Positions 25,290-37,208 of a stretch of 64,000 nucleotides of DNA are shown in pieces. The position numbers and the translations under genes were made by a program. The stretch spans positions 1,364,001 through 1,428,000 of the forward strand of contig NW_025765780.1 in the NCBI RefSeq assembly GCF_003918875.1, given 5' to 3'. The DNA is from Haliotis rubra (Eukaryota). Position 1 is the stretch's first letter. Each line of letters begins with the position of its first letter. The notes beneath the pieces are model-generated. The model did not search any database. It was not told the origin of the DNA and saw only the letters and a program-made list of their open reading frames with translations.

Positions 25290-25875
25290 GACATGGCACA
25301 GTCTGGCTGGTAAGGATCATGATCAGCTCAGGTACACTTGCCCTGGCTACACGCAGCCCAGACAGCGAATGTAACTTCTCCCAGGAAGCGTTGCCCAGTT
25401 GCACGCAGTAATCCCCCACCCACCCCAATATTGTAAACTATCCAACACTGCAGCCTTCTGCATTACCCAAAGTGTCAGAAGGGCTATGCTCCCGATGAAG
25501 AGATCAGGAGGTACCAAACCACCTAGAATCTTGTTAATTACCTTTATGGTTTACAGATTAAAAGTAGTATAAAGCACAGAGAGAGCGTGAGTTGTACTGG
25601 CACAGTCAGGCGGGTAGCATTTTTTTTTCAGTTCAGGTCCCGTTGCGTTGTCTACACGCAACCCAGACAGCGAATGGGACTTCTCCCTGGAAAAGCTGCC
25701 CAGTCGAACCCGCCAAGATCTTTCCAGAGAATATGAAGACTCCCCAACACTGCAGCGTTCTGCATGACCCAGAGCGTCAGAAGGGCTGTGCTTCTGGTAT
25801 AGAACCTGGGCACTTTCCTGATCTGCGCTTAGAGATCAGGAGGTAGCAAATCACGGGCACCGAGAACAATGGGGG
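25290..25875 (-). mobile_element. Paralogous tandem RLE-type LINE 3' fragments
   Basis: Homologous to 10100-10690; encodes PIVLGARDLLPPDL...MQNAAVLGSLHIL on the minus strand. Confidence 0.55.
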
Positions 25876-27604
25876 TCTGACGAGAAAAAGGACATTCAAT
25901 GATATAAATAAATTTATTGGCTCAAAAAGGCCACGATCAGTTTTTGGCAGAAAATCTTCTTTGTCTGTATGTGGGTCTATTCCAAAGAAGTTAAAAACAT
26001 GATACCGTGGACACCTTCAGAGTCGTACCGTGGATGGACCTTGGACTCAAAGATACAGGCATGAGGAAGACCTTCGTAGAAGCAACAAACCATGCCATCA
26101 TGCCGTTTTAGACACCGGACCAAAAGCCGGATAGTAAACCATTGAAATAAACGTAAATACAGTAGGAAATACATGCCATGACCGGATGTACGTATGTTTT
26201 CAGATATTTCCTAACTTCGGGCATATATTTCATATGAATCTATACCTTTGAAACATATGCTCATCGTAGATTTTCGTATGCACAAGCACCTCGTTCATGT
26301 ATGCCCTGACCGGATTGTCAGGGATTTCCAAATATGAATTGCAAAACAGATACCCCGTTAAATACATGATCATACAGTATTTCCAATGCATTCCTTTGAA
26401 TTTCAGTGGGTGTTGAAATTTCCGATTTCGTTCTAAGTTTACTCGGGTTGGAAACATGTGAATTTACTTAGGTGGGGAAACACATGTAAATTTTCAAATT
26501 TGCAAATATTTACACACCTTACATATTTATGTATCATACCGGATTTCATGGATATGCTGTTTTTGCCAAGGACATTCACTGACAAGGAGCTTACAGTCCC
26601 TGTATATTCATTGCACAATCGACATTTGTAATGATAATACTAGTAATCAGGACAATTGTATAACACTGATATCCACACCTCATGGGCATGCTTAAAGTGC
26701 TTACAACAGTGCAAGTCAATTTTAATATCTCCCAAAGAGATAGGTCTTGAGATGAGCTTTAATAACATTGCATGTAAATATTTTCTGCAAGAATGACATT
26801 CTAACAAATGCGAGTAGGAAGGGACTGGTCCCGGTTGGCCTAAAGTATTGTCATTACTTTTATCATTATTATTAATTAGAGAAAAGAAAATAGATATGAA
26901 ACTCTGCCACAAAAAAATACCCAACATGTATTGTAATGTTATCGTTGACGTCACATGATGTCAATGGATGTGTTTAATGAAAACGATGAGTTGACAATTT
27001 ACTCAAAATTGGGAATAGTCTTTAACATGTCAATTCGGTACACGGCGATGGATGCCCAGTACCCAACAATTTCTGCTGTGTGTTATTTTGATCCCCATCA
27101 CTGATAAAGGTTGTTTTTGAGGATCGCTCAAACCTGATATTCTTTAGAACTGACGTTGTATATTCAAGACACTATTATGTTGTTATGTGTACACATTTAC
27201 CGTTGATCGTTACCAACAGCAGAAATGTGGCACATGCTATAAATGAGATTACACTTTCTCAGTAAAGGACAGATTCAAAAACCTTTGTTGAATCTCATCC
27301 GGGATTCGAACCCACAAATTCAAAGTTAGGCATCTACTCGTCAGCACACAACGTCAGCAAAATTAATGTGTTCTTTCATGACGAATAATTAATGAAAAGC
27401 ATTGCTTGAAAAAATCACTAATTTTATTTTCAATTCTTGTGCTTTGCATAATGGGTTGTTGATTCAGAAATAGGAAATAGCCGATCTGATGGATGAGACT
27501 ACAATTGAGAGTTGTGAAGATATTAATCTCAACAACAACATTAAATGTGGTCCTGTAGCTTCAACAGAAGTATGGTCGATACAATGATTATTTGTCTGGT
27601 GCCG

Positions 27605-29721
27605 TCATGACAATGTATCAATCCCGTGTTTCCTCCGCCTCAAACAGTAGCACATGACTATTGTCACCAGTAACAGGCCCACGACACATAGAGTTACAAT
27701 GAGGGCCAGGATAGTCACCTCGGCCGTGTGAGCGTCCAGTCCGAACCATGTAGGGGCAGATGTGGTTGGTGTTGTAGTGGACGTAGACGATGAGGAAGTT
27801 GTAGAAGTGGTGGGAATTTTCATGAGGTTGGGGATGATGTCCAGCCACAGGGTCACTCGTCTGGGGTAGACGTGGTCACGTACTGACATGTTTGTTGTGA
27901 ATGTCAGGTAACGCTGGTCGGCCATATTGAACTCGGGCCATGCCTGTCCAAGCTTTTCCTGAACAGCAGGGTTGGGGTTACTGTGAAAATAAAGTAATCA
28001 CTTTGAAAGACTGATGGATATTCCCCTCATATGAGCGAATGTACAAGTATCGCCGTGTTTTTAGACATATGTATTGTCATTTGAACGTATTACATTAAAC
28101 GACACCTGGCTGATGACACACTCTACATGACGATTGTGGAAATAAAATGATGATATCAAATGAAAACAGTTACGTACCCAGTCTTGGCAAAGTCAGCAAT
28201 GAAAGAAACAAATGTTTCCGCCAGCTGATACTCCTCTGCCGTCAGGTTCCCTGAGTAGCCAAGCATCTTGACCGTGGCCGGATTCAAGTCGAACAGATAC
28301 AAGGTGTCCACTCCATGGCTCATGCCTTTCACAGGGCTATCTCTGGCGAAGGATGGATAGTGGTCAAATAAGTAGAAGTAACACTTCCTGCTGGTGTTCA
28401 ACAACGCGTGCGTCCTGGCAAAGAGGACTCCCGGTACTAAGAAGCTAGGGTCACCGTATGTTGAAAGTACCTGTTCTTGAGGCAGCGGCTGGTCGGATGG
28501 TGGTCGGGGGTAGGTGTACTCAACGCTGACGATATTATTGATGGATGTAGTGCTAGCTTCTAATGACAATGATGTAACTGTTGGGAGAATATCTGTATCA
28601 AACTCCTTCTGCTTGAAAATGTCGGTAGCGTATGTGTAATTATATGCCCTGTCGAATGCTAGAGCACTCGTCAACAGGAGTCCCCCTTCGTTGTTGTTGG
28701 CCCCTACCATAACGTCGATGTCCTTGATACATGTGGTATTTAAGAATGTGATGTCTCTCATTAAGACTTGGGGATTGTTTTTGACAAAGATTCCATCAAT
28801 GGTGGGGACCCACGTGTACTGCATGAGCTGGTAGGCTGGCGTCCCCAAAACAGAAGAAAAGGCTAACACTCTGGTACTATCGTTCTTCCTCATACAGTCT
28901 ACCATGGCCCGTTGTCTGCTGATAATATCCGGGTTATCACCAAGGCAACCTAAACTGCTTCCAACAAACATCGCTAACAATTTGATATATCTGTTGATCG
29001 CCCAGAGAGATGTGGCAGCTCCACTCTGTAGAACAGCTCTCTGGAACAGCCCCTTTGACCCCGGGTACAACACGTGATAGGCCACACTCGCCGCCCCTGC
29101 AGATTCCCCAATGATGGTGATGTTGTTGCTGTCACCACCAAAAGCTTCAATGTTAGTCTTGATCCACTGGAGCGCCAGATGTTGATCCCATAATCCGTAG
29201 TTACCTGGAGCGACGTCATTATCGGTACTAAAAAATCCGAATATTCCCAATCTGTACTGGATGGTGACGACTATAACGTCACCTTTTGTCACCAATTGCC
29301 AAGGCTCGTACAAAGAAGCGGATCCATACACGAATCCTCCCCCGTGTATCCAGACCATCACCGGCACACTGGACGATACATCGGTTGTATTTGGCAGGAA
29401 CACATTCAACGTGAGACAGTCTTCACTCATAGCTTGAAAGGAAAAGTTCAAAGGGAGCATTGGAGATAGCTGGAGACATGGCAGTCCATAGCTCGAAGCA
29501 TTAAATATGTCAGAAACTCCTGGGTGTGGTTGAGGTTTTCTGAATCGGAGATCTCCTACTGGAGGTTTCGCGTACGGGATTCCGTAGTAGCCAAAGTAAG
29601 GTTGTCCTTCCCTACTGGTTCTCTCCACTCCCTGTATATATCCCCAGGTGGAATTTATCACTGGTGCCTCTATCCCTACAGCAGGGAGGACCAACATGGA
29701 CACAATAATCAGCTGAATCAT
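27605..29721 (-). CDS. Carboxylesterase type B, subfamily A copy 3, predicted type-I membrane protein (exons 29721-28178 and 27980-27605)
   Basis: Same motifs and intron position as copy 2; tail RRRKHGIDTLS*. Confidence 0.93.
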
Positions 29722-30194
29722 TTTAAACTCCGCTACATCGAACGGTATACTGACTTTCGTGAACAACTGATTTCCCGTTTATCAAAACTGTCCTTCTTGA
29801 CCAGATAATGTCACGTTGCGAAATGTTGTTATCTGAGCTCAATGTTCTCACAGCTTGGATACTGAAATTTATATGAGATTGTGGCGTTCCTTAGATTGAG
29901 ATGTGGTCCGATATTCATATTGTGTAATTTGATGTATCCAAGCTGTAAACGGTCTGCACAATCCGCTCTTCGGGACGCCCTAGCTTGTAATGTGCACCTC
30001 GTGGGTGGTGTTTAGCGTCCAGTGCTTACGAGAGAGTCACGTGACCTGTAATCTTTCAGGTTCCTGCGCGTGACATCGTCGCTGGGCAGAGTGTGGCCAG
30101 GGCATATCAAGTTCAGTGTATTTCTAAATCGTTATCTTTATTTAAGCTCGCCGTGTCGGCAGATACCATTTGTGGAGGCTGGTTCCCTAACGTC

Positions 30195-31735
30195 ATGTAC
30201 CTAGCATCATACTCAGGAGATATAAAAGTCATACCAATTAGCAGGCCATGAACAGGATGTCTGCTGTCGTCGCGTACCTAGCGCCAATCCCAAGGTGCCT
30301 ACTGACGCCGTATATCTAGCGTCATATCAAGGTTGCCTACTGACATTGTATATACCTAGCGCCAAGCCCAGGATTTCTACTTACGTCGAATACCTAGCGC
30401 AAAGCACAGGATGCCTACTGACGGCTTATGCCTAGCGCCAAGCCAAGGACGTCTGGTGTCTACTGACATTGTATGAACCTAGCGCCCAGCCCAGGATGCC
30501 TACTGACGCTTTATACCTAGCGCCAAGTCCAGGTCGCCTGGTGCCTACTGATATTTTATGTACCTAGCGCCAAGCCCAGGATGCCTACTTACGTCGAATA
30601 CCTAGCGCAAAGACCAGGATGCCTACTGACGCTTTATACCTAGCGCCAAGCCCTGTACGCCAGGTGCCTACTGATATTGTATGTACCTAGCGCCAAGCCC
30701 AGGATGCCTACTTACGTCGAATACCTACTGACGGCTTACACCTAGCGCCAAGCCCAGGACGTCTGGTGTCTACTGACATTGTATGTACCTAGCGCCAAGC
30801 ACAGGATGCCTACTGACGGCTTATACCTAGCGCCAAGCCCACGACGCCTGGTGCCTACTGATATTTTATGTACCTAGCGCCAAGCCAAGCATGCCTACTG
30901 TCGTCGTATACCTAGCGCCAAGCCCAGGATACTTGCTGACATCGTATACGCAGCGTCATGTCCAGGATGCCTACTGACATTGTATACCTAGCGTCAGGCC
31001 TAGGATGCCTACTGACGGCTTATACCTAGCGCCAAGCCCAGGACGCCTGGTGTCTACTGACATTGTATGTACCTAGCGCCAAGCCCAGGATGCCTACTGA
31101 CGGCTTATACCTAGCGCCAAGCCCACGACGCCTGGTGCCTACTGATATTTTATGTACCTAGCGCCAAGCCAAGCATGCCTACTGTCGTCGTATACCTAGC
31201 GCCAAGCCCAGGACGTCTGGTGCCTACTGACATTGTATGTACCTAACGCCATGCTCAGGATACTTGCTGACATCGTATACGCAGCGTCATGTCCAGGATG
31301 CCTACTGACATTGTATACCTAGCGTCAAGCCTATGATGCCTACTGACGGCTTATACATAGTGCCACGCCCATGACGCCTGGTGCCTTCTGAGTTTTATGT
31401 ACCTAGCGCCAAGCCCAGGATGCCTACTGTCGTCGTATAACTAGCGCCAAGCCCACGACGTCTGGTGCCTACTGACATTGTATGTACCTAGCCCAAAGCC
31501 CAGGATGCCTACTGACTGCGTATATCTAACGCCAAGTCCAGGATGCTTACTGACATGGTATACCTAGCTACATGTCCAGGATGCCTACTGACGCTGTATA
31601 CCTAGCTCCAAGCCCAGGACCTCTGGTGCCTACTGACATTGTATGTACCTAGCGTCATGTCCAGGATGCCTACTGTCGCCGTATACCTTGCACCAAGCCC
31701 AGGATGCCAGTTGACATGGTATACCTAGCATCATG
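30195..31735. repeat. GC-richer 38/40/47-bp satellite (CAGGATGCCTACTGACGCTGTATACCTAGCGCCAAGCC)
   Basis: Tandem units with a basic 38-bp period and recurrent 2-bp and 9-bp (CGTCTGGTG-like) insertions; ~35 units. Confidence 0.93.
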
Positions 31736-31848
31736 TCATGCACTCTCTCCGAGCTGAGTGTAAGAACGGAACGTCCCACGTTGACAGGATGTCCACTTGG
31801 ATGGATGTTGGAGATACTAGTCAGTTGTTGACTGGTTACATCAACGTC

Positions 31849-32109
31849 AATGTTAAGAAAGTAACCTTGTTTATGGATAACAACTTCTTTATTATATATG
31901 ATGCGACGTTTCGGTATGGATTCTTATACCGTTGTCAAGCAAGAGTGACAGACTTATATATTATGTGCTGTAGTACTTCACTCTTGCTTGACAACGGTAT
32001 AAGAATCCATACCGAAACGTCGCATCATATATAATATAGAAGTTGTTATCCATAAACAATCTTACTTTCTTATTAGTCACCAACTACTAAATGCCAATTA
32101 AACAGATCA
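31849..32109. mobile_element. Foldback insertion, Penelope-like element terminus in inverted duplicate
   Basis: ~95-bp near-perfect inverted arms (31854-31948 / 31978-32072) flanked by the direct repeat ACATCAACGT. The arm contains CTTGACAACGGTAT...ATACCGAAACGTCG. Confidence 0.6.
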
Positions 32110-33806
32110 ACATCAACGTTAGTTCGTAGTCACGTTGATGCTCGCCTAAATATGCTGCTTGGTTGAATATTTGCTTCAGATAAGCACAGGTGATATTGCT
32201 CTTGCTACACACAGACAGATCCCCTAGCCACCCTACAAAGTTAAACTCAGAACCATTCATCCTACTTGCTACTTCGTCTATGTTCTGCCTATAACCCAGG
32301 TTTATGGTTGAAGTTGAACCACATTATTTTTCAACAGCTTAGCAATGCAAAAAATGTCCAAAATTTAGCAAGTCTAGATTTCCTCCTTATTTCCCATCTC
32401 ACTGGGGCTCCATTTTAATTTAAATGAGTTTTTTTTGTTACTATCAAACTTAAATATATTCAGAGACTAGACGTTACTCTTTGTTGAAGTGTTTGACTTC
32501 CCAGGATAACGTATTATTGACATAGGTGCAAAGGAGTTACTTCCCTTCCATTTCACTCGCTTATCTATACTTAGAGCAATGGAATGTTACTGGTTTATCT
32601 GATGGTTAGGAATGATGGCTGTATATATAGACCCATTATCGAGATGACTACATTTATCGAGATACGACCCGTTATCGAGATGACTTCATAGCGGACAAGA
32701 TGTTGCTCAGAAACTCAGAGTGGAATACGTTGAACAAACCAGTTAATACTCGATTTGTTTCACAGTTTATTTGAAAAGTGTATATTTATTATCTAAATGA
32801 ACATGGTTTCATTCATAAGCTTGTCTGCGGACACGGAAGAGATCTTGTAAAATAAATAATAACAGTGAATAATATGGGGAATGACATTATAAATTGAGCT
32901 AATTGTTTGAAATATTTCATTATTAATTGATTAAAATCATTTGAAATTTTGATTGTCTGTTTGAAACAATAACAAATTGAATCAAAATAACTGCATGTAT
33001 CAGCCATAACAGCGAGACCTAACGATGTATGAAGCTTACATTATGTATTTGTGAAAGATAATCAGACTCCACCCCCTCCCCCGGAAAAAAATGTCACAGG
33101 ACATAATGTATTGTTGGAATATTTCCCTTGTCAAAACTGTCCTCATAGTTACATTCGACAAGTGATAGCGGTATAACCGCTCGGAAGCTGATTCCATAAT
33201 CGACCCCCGGATTACTCGTAACCGAAAAAGCACGATGTGACGTTTAATCGTTCTTATACAAAAAACGTATGTATTCGCCTACAATGGGATCCTGTCTATT
33301 CACGGCATATGCCGAACTTACTGCCACTCACATAGAAATTGTTCAGGTATTTCACCGAGGATGAATTCATCAGGTTCTGTACCTGCTTGGCTGTTGCTCT
33401 GTTGATCCTGTTGTTACTTGTTGCTAATACTAAATTATCTTTAAAATATGTTCCATAACGTCACATGTCTCTCTAACAATGAATGTACAATGCATATATA
33501 AGTGAAATGTCGGATGTATTTGAAATAGCCAACTTATATAACAGTCCTCCATCTGCGCAGTGATGTCGTTGGGCACTTGGATTCCCAAATCTCCTTAGCA
33601 GTGTTCAGTGATGTCGACATCATGGCGCTCACTGTCGTTACTGTCGCAGTCACAGTAGCAGCAACAAGGGAGATAGACATACGTGCATATGTCCCTGATA
33701 ATATCCATGCATACAGTTCTGTCAGCCAGCTCCGCGCTGGCATTTCATACGTAACATGTGATTGAATGATCTGATACACAATTGTATGTCTGCTTAGTTG
33801 ATGACG

Positions 33807-36805
33807 TCATAGTCCAACGTCATCAAGCTCTCTCGTCATCTGGCATACTGCACACGGTTCACAACAAAGGGCCGCCCAGAAATCCTGGAGAATGGAGCCC
33901 TGAAAATAGAGGACGCATAGTGAACATGAACAAGTGACACTTGGAGTGAGTGAGGCAGTATTGACATCCAAATTTTGCTAGCCAGTCGGGCTAGCTATGC
34001 CTGATAATTACTAGCCCAAAAAATAATTCACTAGCCCGAAATTTGAATGTAGAAAGTAAACAAGACATTACAAAAAAATGTGAAATACCATCATTTATCA
34101 GGTCAGAATCTTGCATGATTTAAAACTCAACAAGTCGGAGGGAGTGATATATCTAAAATTTCGCACACTGATGTCAATTTCATCCTAACCCTAACAACCC
34201 CCTCCTCCTCTCCTCCCCCTCCCTCTTTCCTCTTGGACAACCTACAACATTCCACTCACAAACTCAGATATCGCAGCAACAGGACTAGACAGCGTTTATG
34301 TTCCTACAGCTTGCACCGTTCACAAAGCGATCCCGGCGCTAAGGTGATCGTTACTCCCATGCTATAACATGGGCCTTCAAACATCGCCTCGTCAAGATAG
34401 CTTTTCCTAAAAGTGCCCGGGACAATTATTGTTAACTTGAATTGATACTTAGCAACTTCTTCCGGTTTCGATATGTATACACATAATAACTGCAACATTG
34501 TTTCATTATGCGACCGTTGTTGTCCACATAATCTGGGAGTGATGAAATAGTGTGTACATGACTCAAAACAATCTATTATCGCGGGTCAACGATAACGACA
34601 GAGACACGTGGTGTATGTCGACGAATATATTAGCAAAGTTAATAGTTAACCTCTCTCGGGTCATTCTGTTTCCTTTTACGTACGCTTCTGCATTGACTGC
34701 ACATACCTAAAGTGTGACGTGGATTTCTTCACCTTCTGTCACACCATACATAGCCGCTAATAAATAGCCCACCATGACAAACAAGATGCATTAAAACTTA
34801 CTTTGATACTGAATAGCGTTCTGACTTTGACTCTGAGGGCGAAGGCTGCGCATGGGATGAGGGACATGAAAGGGGTTTCCCCAACCCTGGTGGCAATGAT
34901 GTACCGGTGGTACAGCCAGCAGCAGCTCATCATGCAGCCTGGAACAGATCACAGCATCCTGCAGTCTTTATTGTTTAATACATGCAGTCTGGAACAGATC
35001 ACAGCATCCTACAGTCTTTGTTTGTTGTTGAATACATGCAGCCTGGAACAGGTCACAGCATCCTACAGTCTTTATTGTTTAATACATGCAGTCTGGAACA
35101 GATCACAGCATCCTACAGTCTTTGTTTGTTGTTTAATACATGCAGTCTGGAACAGATCACAGCATCCTACAGTCTTTGTTGTTTAATACATGCAGTCTGG
35201 AACAGATCACAGCATCCTACAGTCTTTGTTGTTGAATACATGCAGCCTGGAACAGATCACAGCATCCTTGTTTGTTGTTGTTTGTTGTTTAATACATGCA
35301 GTCTGGAACAGATCACAGCATCCTACAGTCTTTGTTTGTTGTTTTGAATACATGCAGCCTGGAACAGATCACAGCATCCTACAGTCTTTGTTTGTTGTTT
35401 AATACATGCAGCCTGGAACAGATCACAGCATCCTACAGTCTTTGTTTGTTGTTTAATACATGCAGTCTGGAACAGATCCACAGCATCCAGATACAGTCTT
35501 TGTTTGTTGTTTAATACATGCAGTCTGGAACAGATCACAGCATCCTACAGTCTTTGTTGTTTAATACATGCAGCCTGGAACAGATCACAGCATCCTACAG
35601 TCTTTGTTGTTTAATACATGCAGTCTGGAACAGATCACAGCATCCTACAGTCTTTGTTTGTTGTTTAATACATGCAGTCTGGAACAGATCACAGCATCCT
35701 ACAGTCTTTGTTGTTTAATACATGCAGCCTGGAACAGATCACAGCATCCTACAGTCTTTGTTTGTTGTTGAATACATGCAGCCTGGAACAGATCACAGCA
35801 TCCTACAGTCTTTGTTTGTTGTTTAATACATGCAGTCTGGAACAGATCACAGCATCCTACAGTCACAGCATCCTACAGTCTTTGTTGTTTAATACATGCA
35901 GCCTGGAACAGATCACAGCATCGTACGGTCTTTGTTTGTTGTTTAATACATGCAGTCTGGAACAGATCACAGCATCCTACAGTCTTTGTTTGTTGTTTGC
36001 TTGTTATGTTAGTTGTTTTACGCAATATTCCAGCTGTATGGCGGCGAAGTTGTTTTACGCAATATTCCAGCTGTCTGGCGGCGAACTGTTAATAATAGAG
36101 TCTGGAGCAGACAGTCCTGTGATTGACATCAAAAGTACCCATCAGTTGGGATACGATGACATGTGTCAACTAAGTCAGCGAGCCTGACCACCCGGTCACG
36201 TTAGTCGCCTCTTACGACATGCATGGGTTACTGAAGACCAGCTTCAGGGGTCAGGATTGTACGTCCATGTCGGGCAGTAACTGGACACATTTCTAAGAAA
36301 ACATGGAATATTACTAATACAGGTTGAAAACAGAACCAGATATTCAGCATATCGGGCCAACTACTGGGTTACCCCATCACCATTTAATTGATAATTATCC
36401 TATGAGTTCCGCTACTTTCATCACCATTTAATTGATAATTTCCTAATTTTAATGGGCAGAAAAAAGAAGCGTTTCGGTGAAAATCTTGATGACATGGGCA
36501 GTTTTGAAGATATGATGCGGTGATTACAGTTATTTGTGACGTGCGAAGAGGTTGCGTACAATTTCGTCTGCCTTTGCTACACTCGCATAACCCGGATGTC
36601 CATTCCCTCTCACTGCAGGAATCGTCCGCGGGCATCAACAACTGGACACGGGTCAGTTTCTTCGGCGTTGGTCGGGGCTGTGACGTCACAATGGAAGTTT
36701 GGTCGGGGGTGGTCGGGGTAGCGGTAGACCTCTCGTCCAGATCATTGTCGATTTCAGTCGGTGTTCGGCTCTGGTTCCAGGCCTCTGGGGAAGTTCGACC
36801 ATCCA
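33807..36805 (-). CDS. PLAC8/cornifelin-family Cys-rich protein, 5'-incomplete (exons 36805-36560, 34938-34802, 33899-33807)
   Basis: Phase-compatible GT-AG exons join to ...IVTSQP...REWTSGLCECSKGRRNC-CMMSCCWLYHRYIIATRVGETPFMSLIPCAAFALRVKVRTLFSIK-GSILQDFWAALCCEPCAVCQMTRELDDVGL*. This matches the PLAC8 pattern (W.SGL..C; LR...R....I.GS...D.....CC..C..CQ..REL). The first coding exon was not located. Confidence 0.88.
34931..35997. repeat. ~50-54-bp minisatellite (~20 units) made of the PLAC8 intron/exon junction
   Basis: Unit CATGCAG(C/T)CTGGAACAGATCACAGCATCCTACAGTCTTTG(TTTG)TTGTTTAATA; the first unit overlaps the exon acceptor at 34939/34938. Confidence 0.95.
36000..36250 (-). mobile_element. 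SINE family 1, diverged copy
   Basis: Contains TTAGTCGCCTCTTACGAC and GCAATATTCCAGCT; aligns with 10885-11130. Confidence 0.8.
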
Positions 36806-37208
36806 CTGTAACAATAATACAACATTTGCTATAGTTAGTAACTGTTGAGGAGGACAAAAGCTGCATCTCGGTAAAACCTCAGTTGAGGTTAGGCAAAACA
36901 ACAAAGGACCAGAGACTGCAGTCACAAACATTACGAATGTAATGTCGTACATTTGCCTTCAGAATTAAAAAGAACAACATGTGCCTCTTCTTAAATGAGG
37001 ATATCTTATACCCCCTCCCGCCTGGTCTCACAGTCCCTGAACTGCACTACTTCCCCTTCCTCCAAGCCCTTTCTGCAAAGCCACTAACAACGCAAATCTA
37101 GAATTCCTCAGGTTCCCATACCATTGGGGCTCCCGTTCAATATAAAAGGAATTATTTGTTTCTGTCAAGATTATTATATATTAAAGTATTAGCCTACGGA
37201 CTGCCTAT

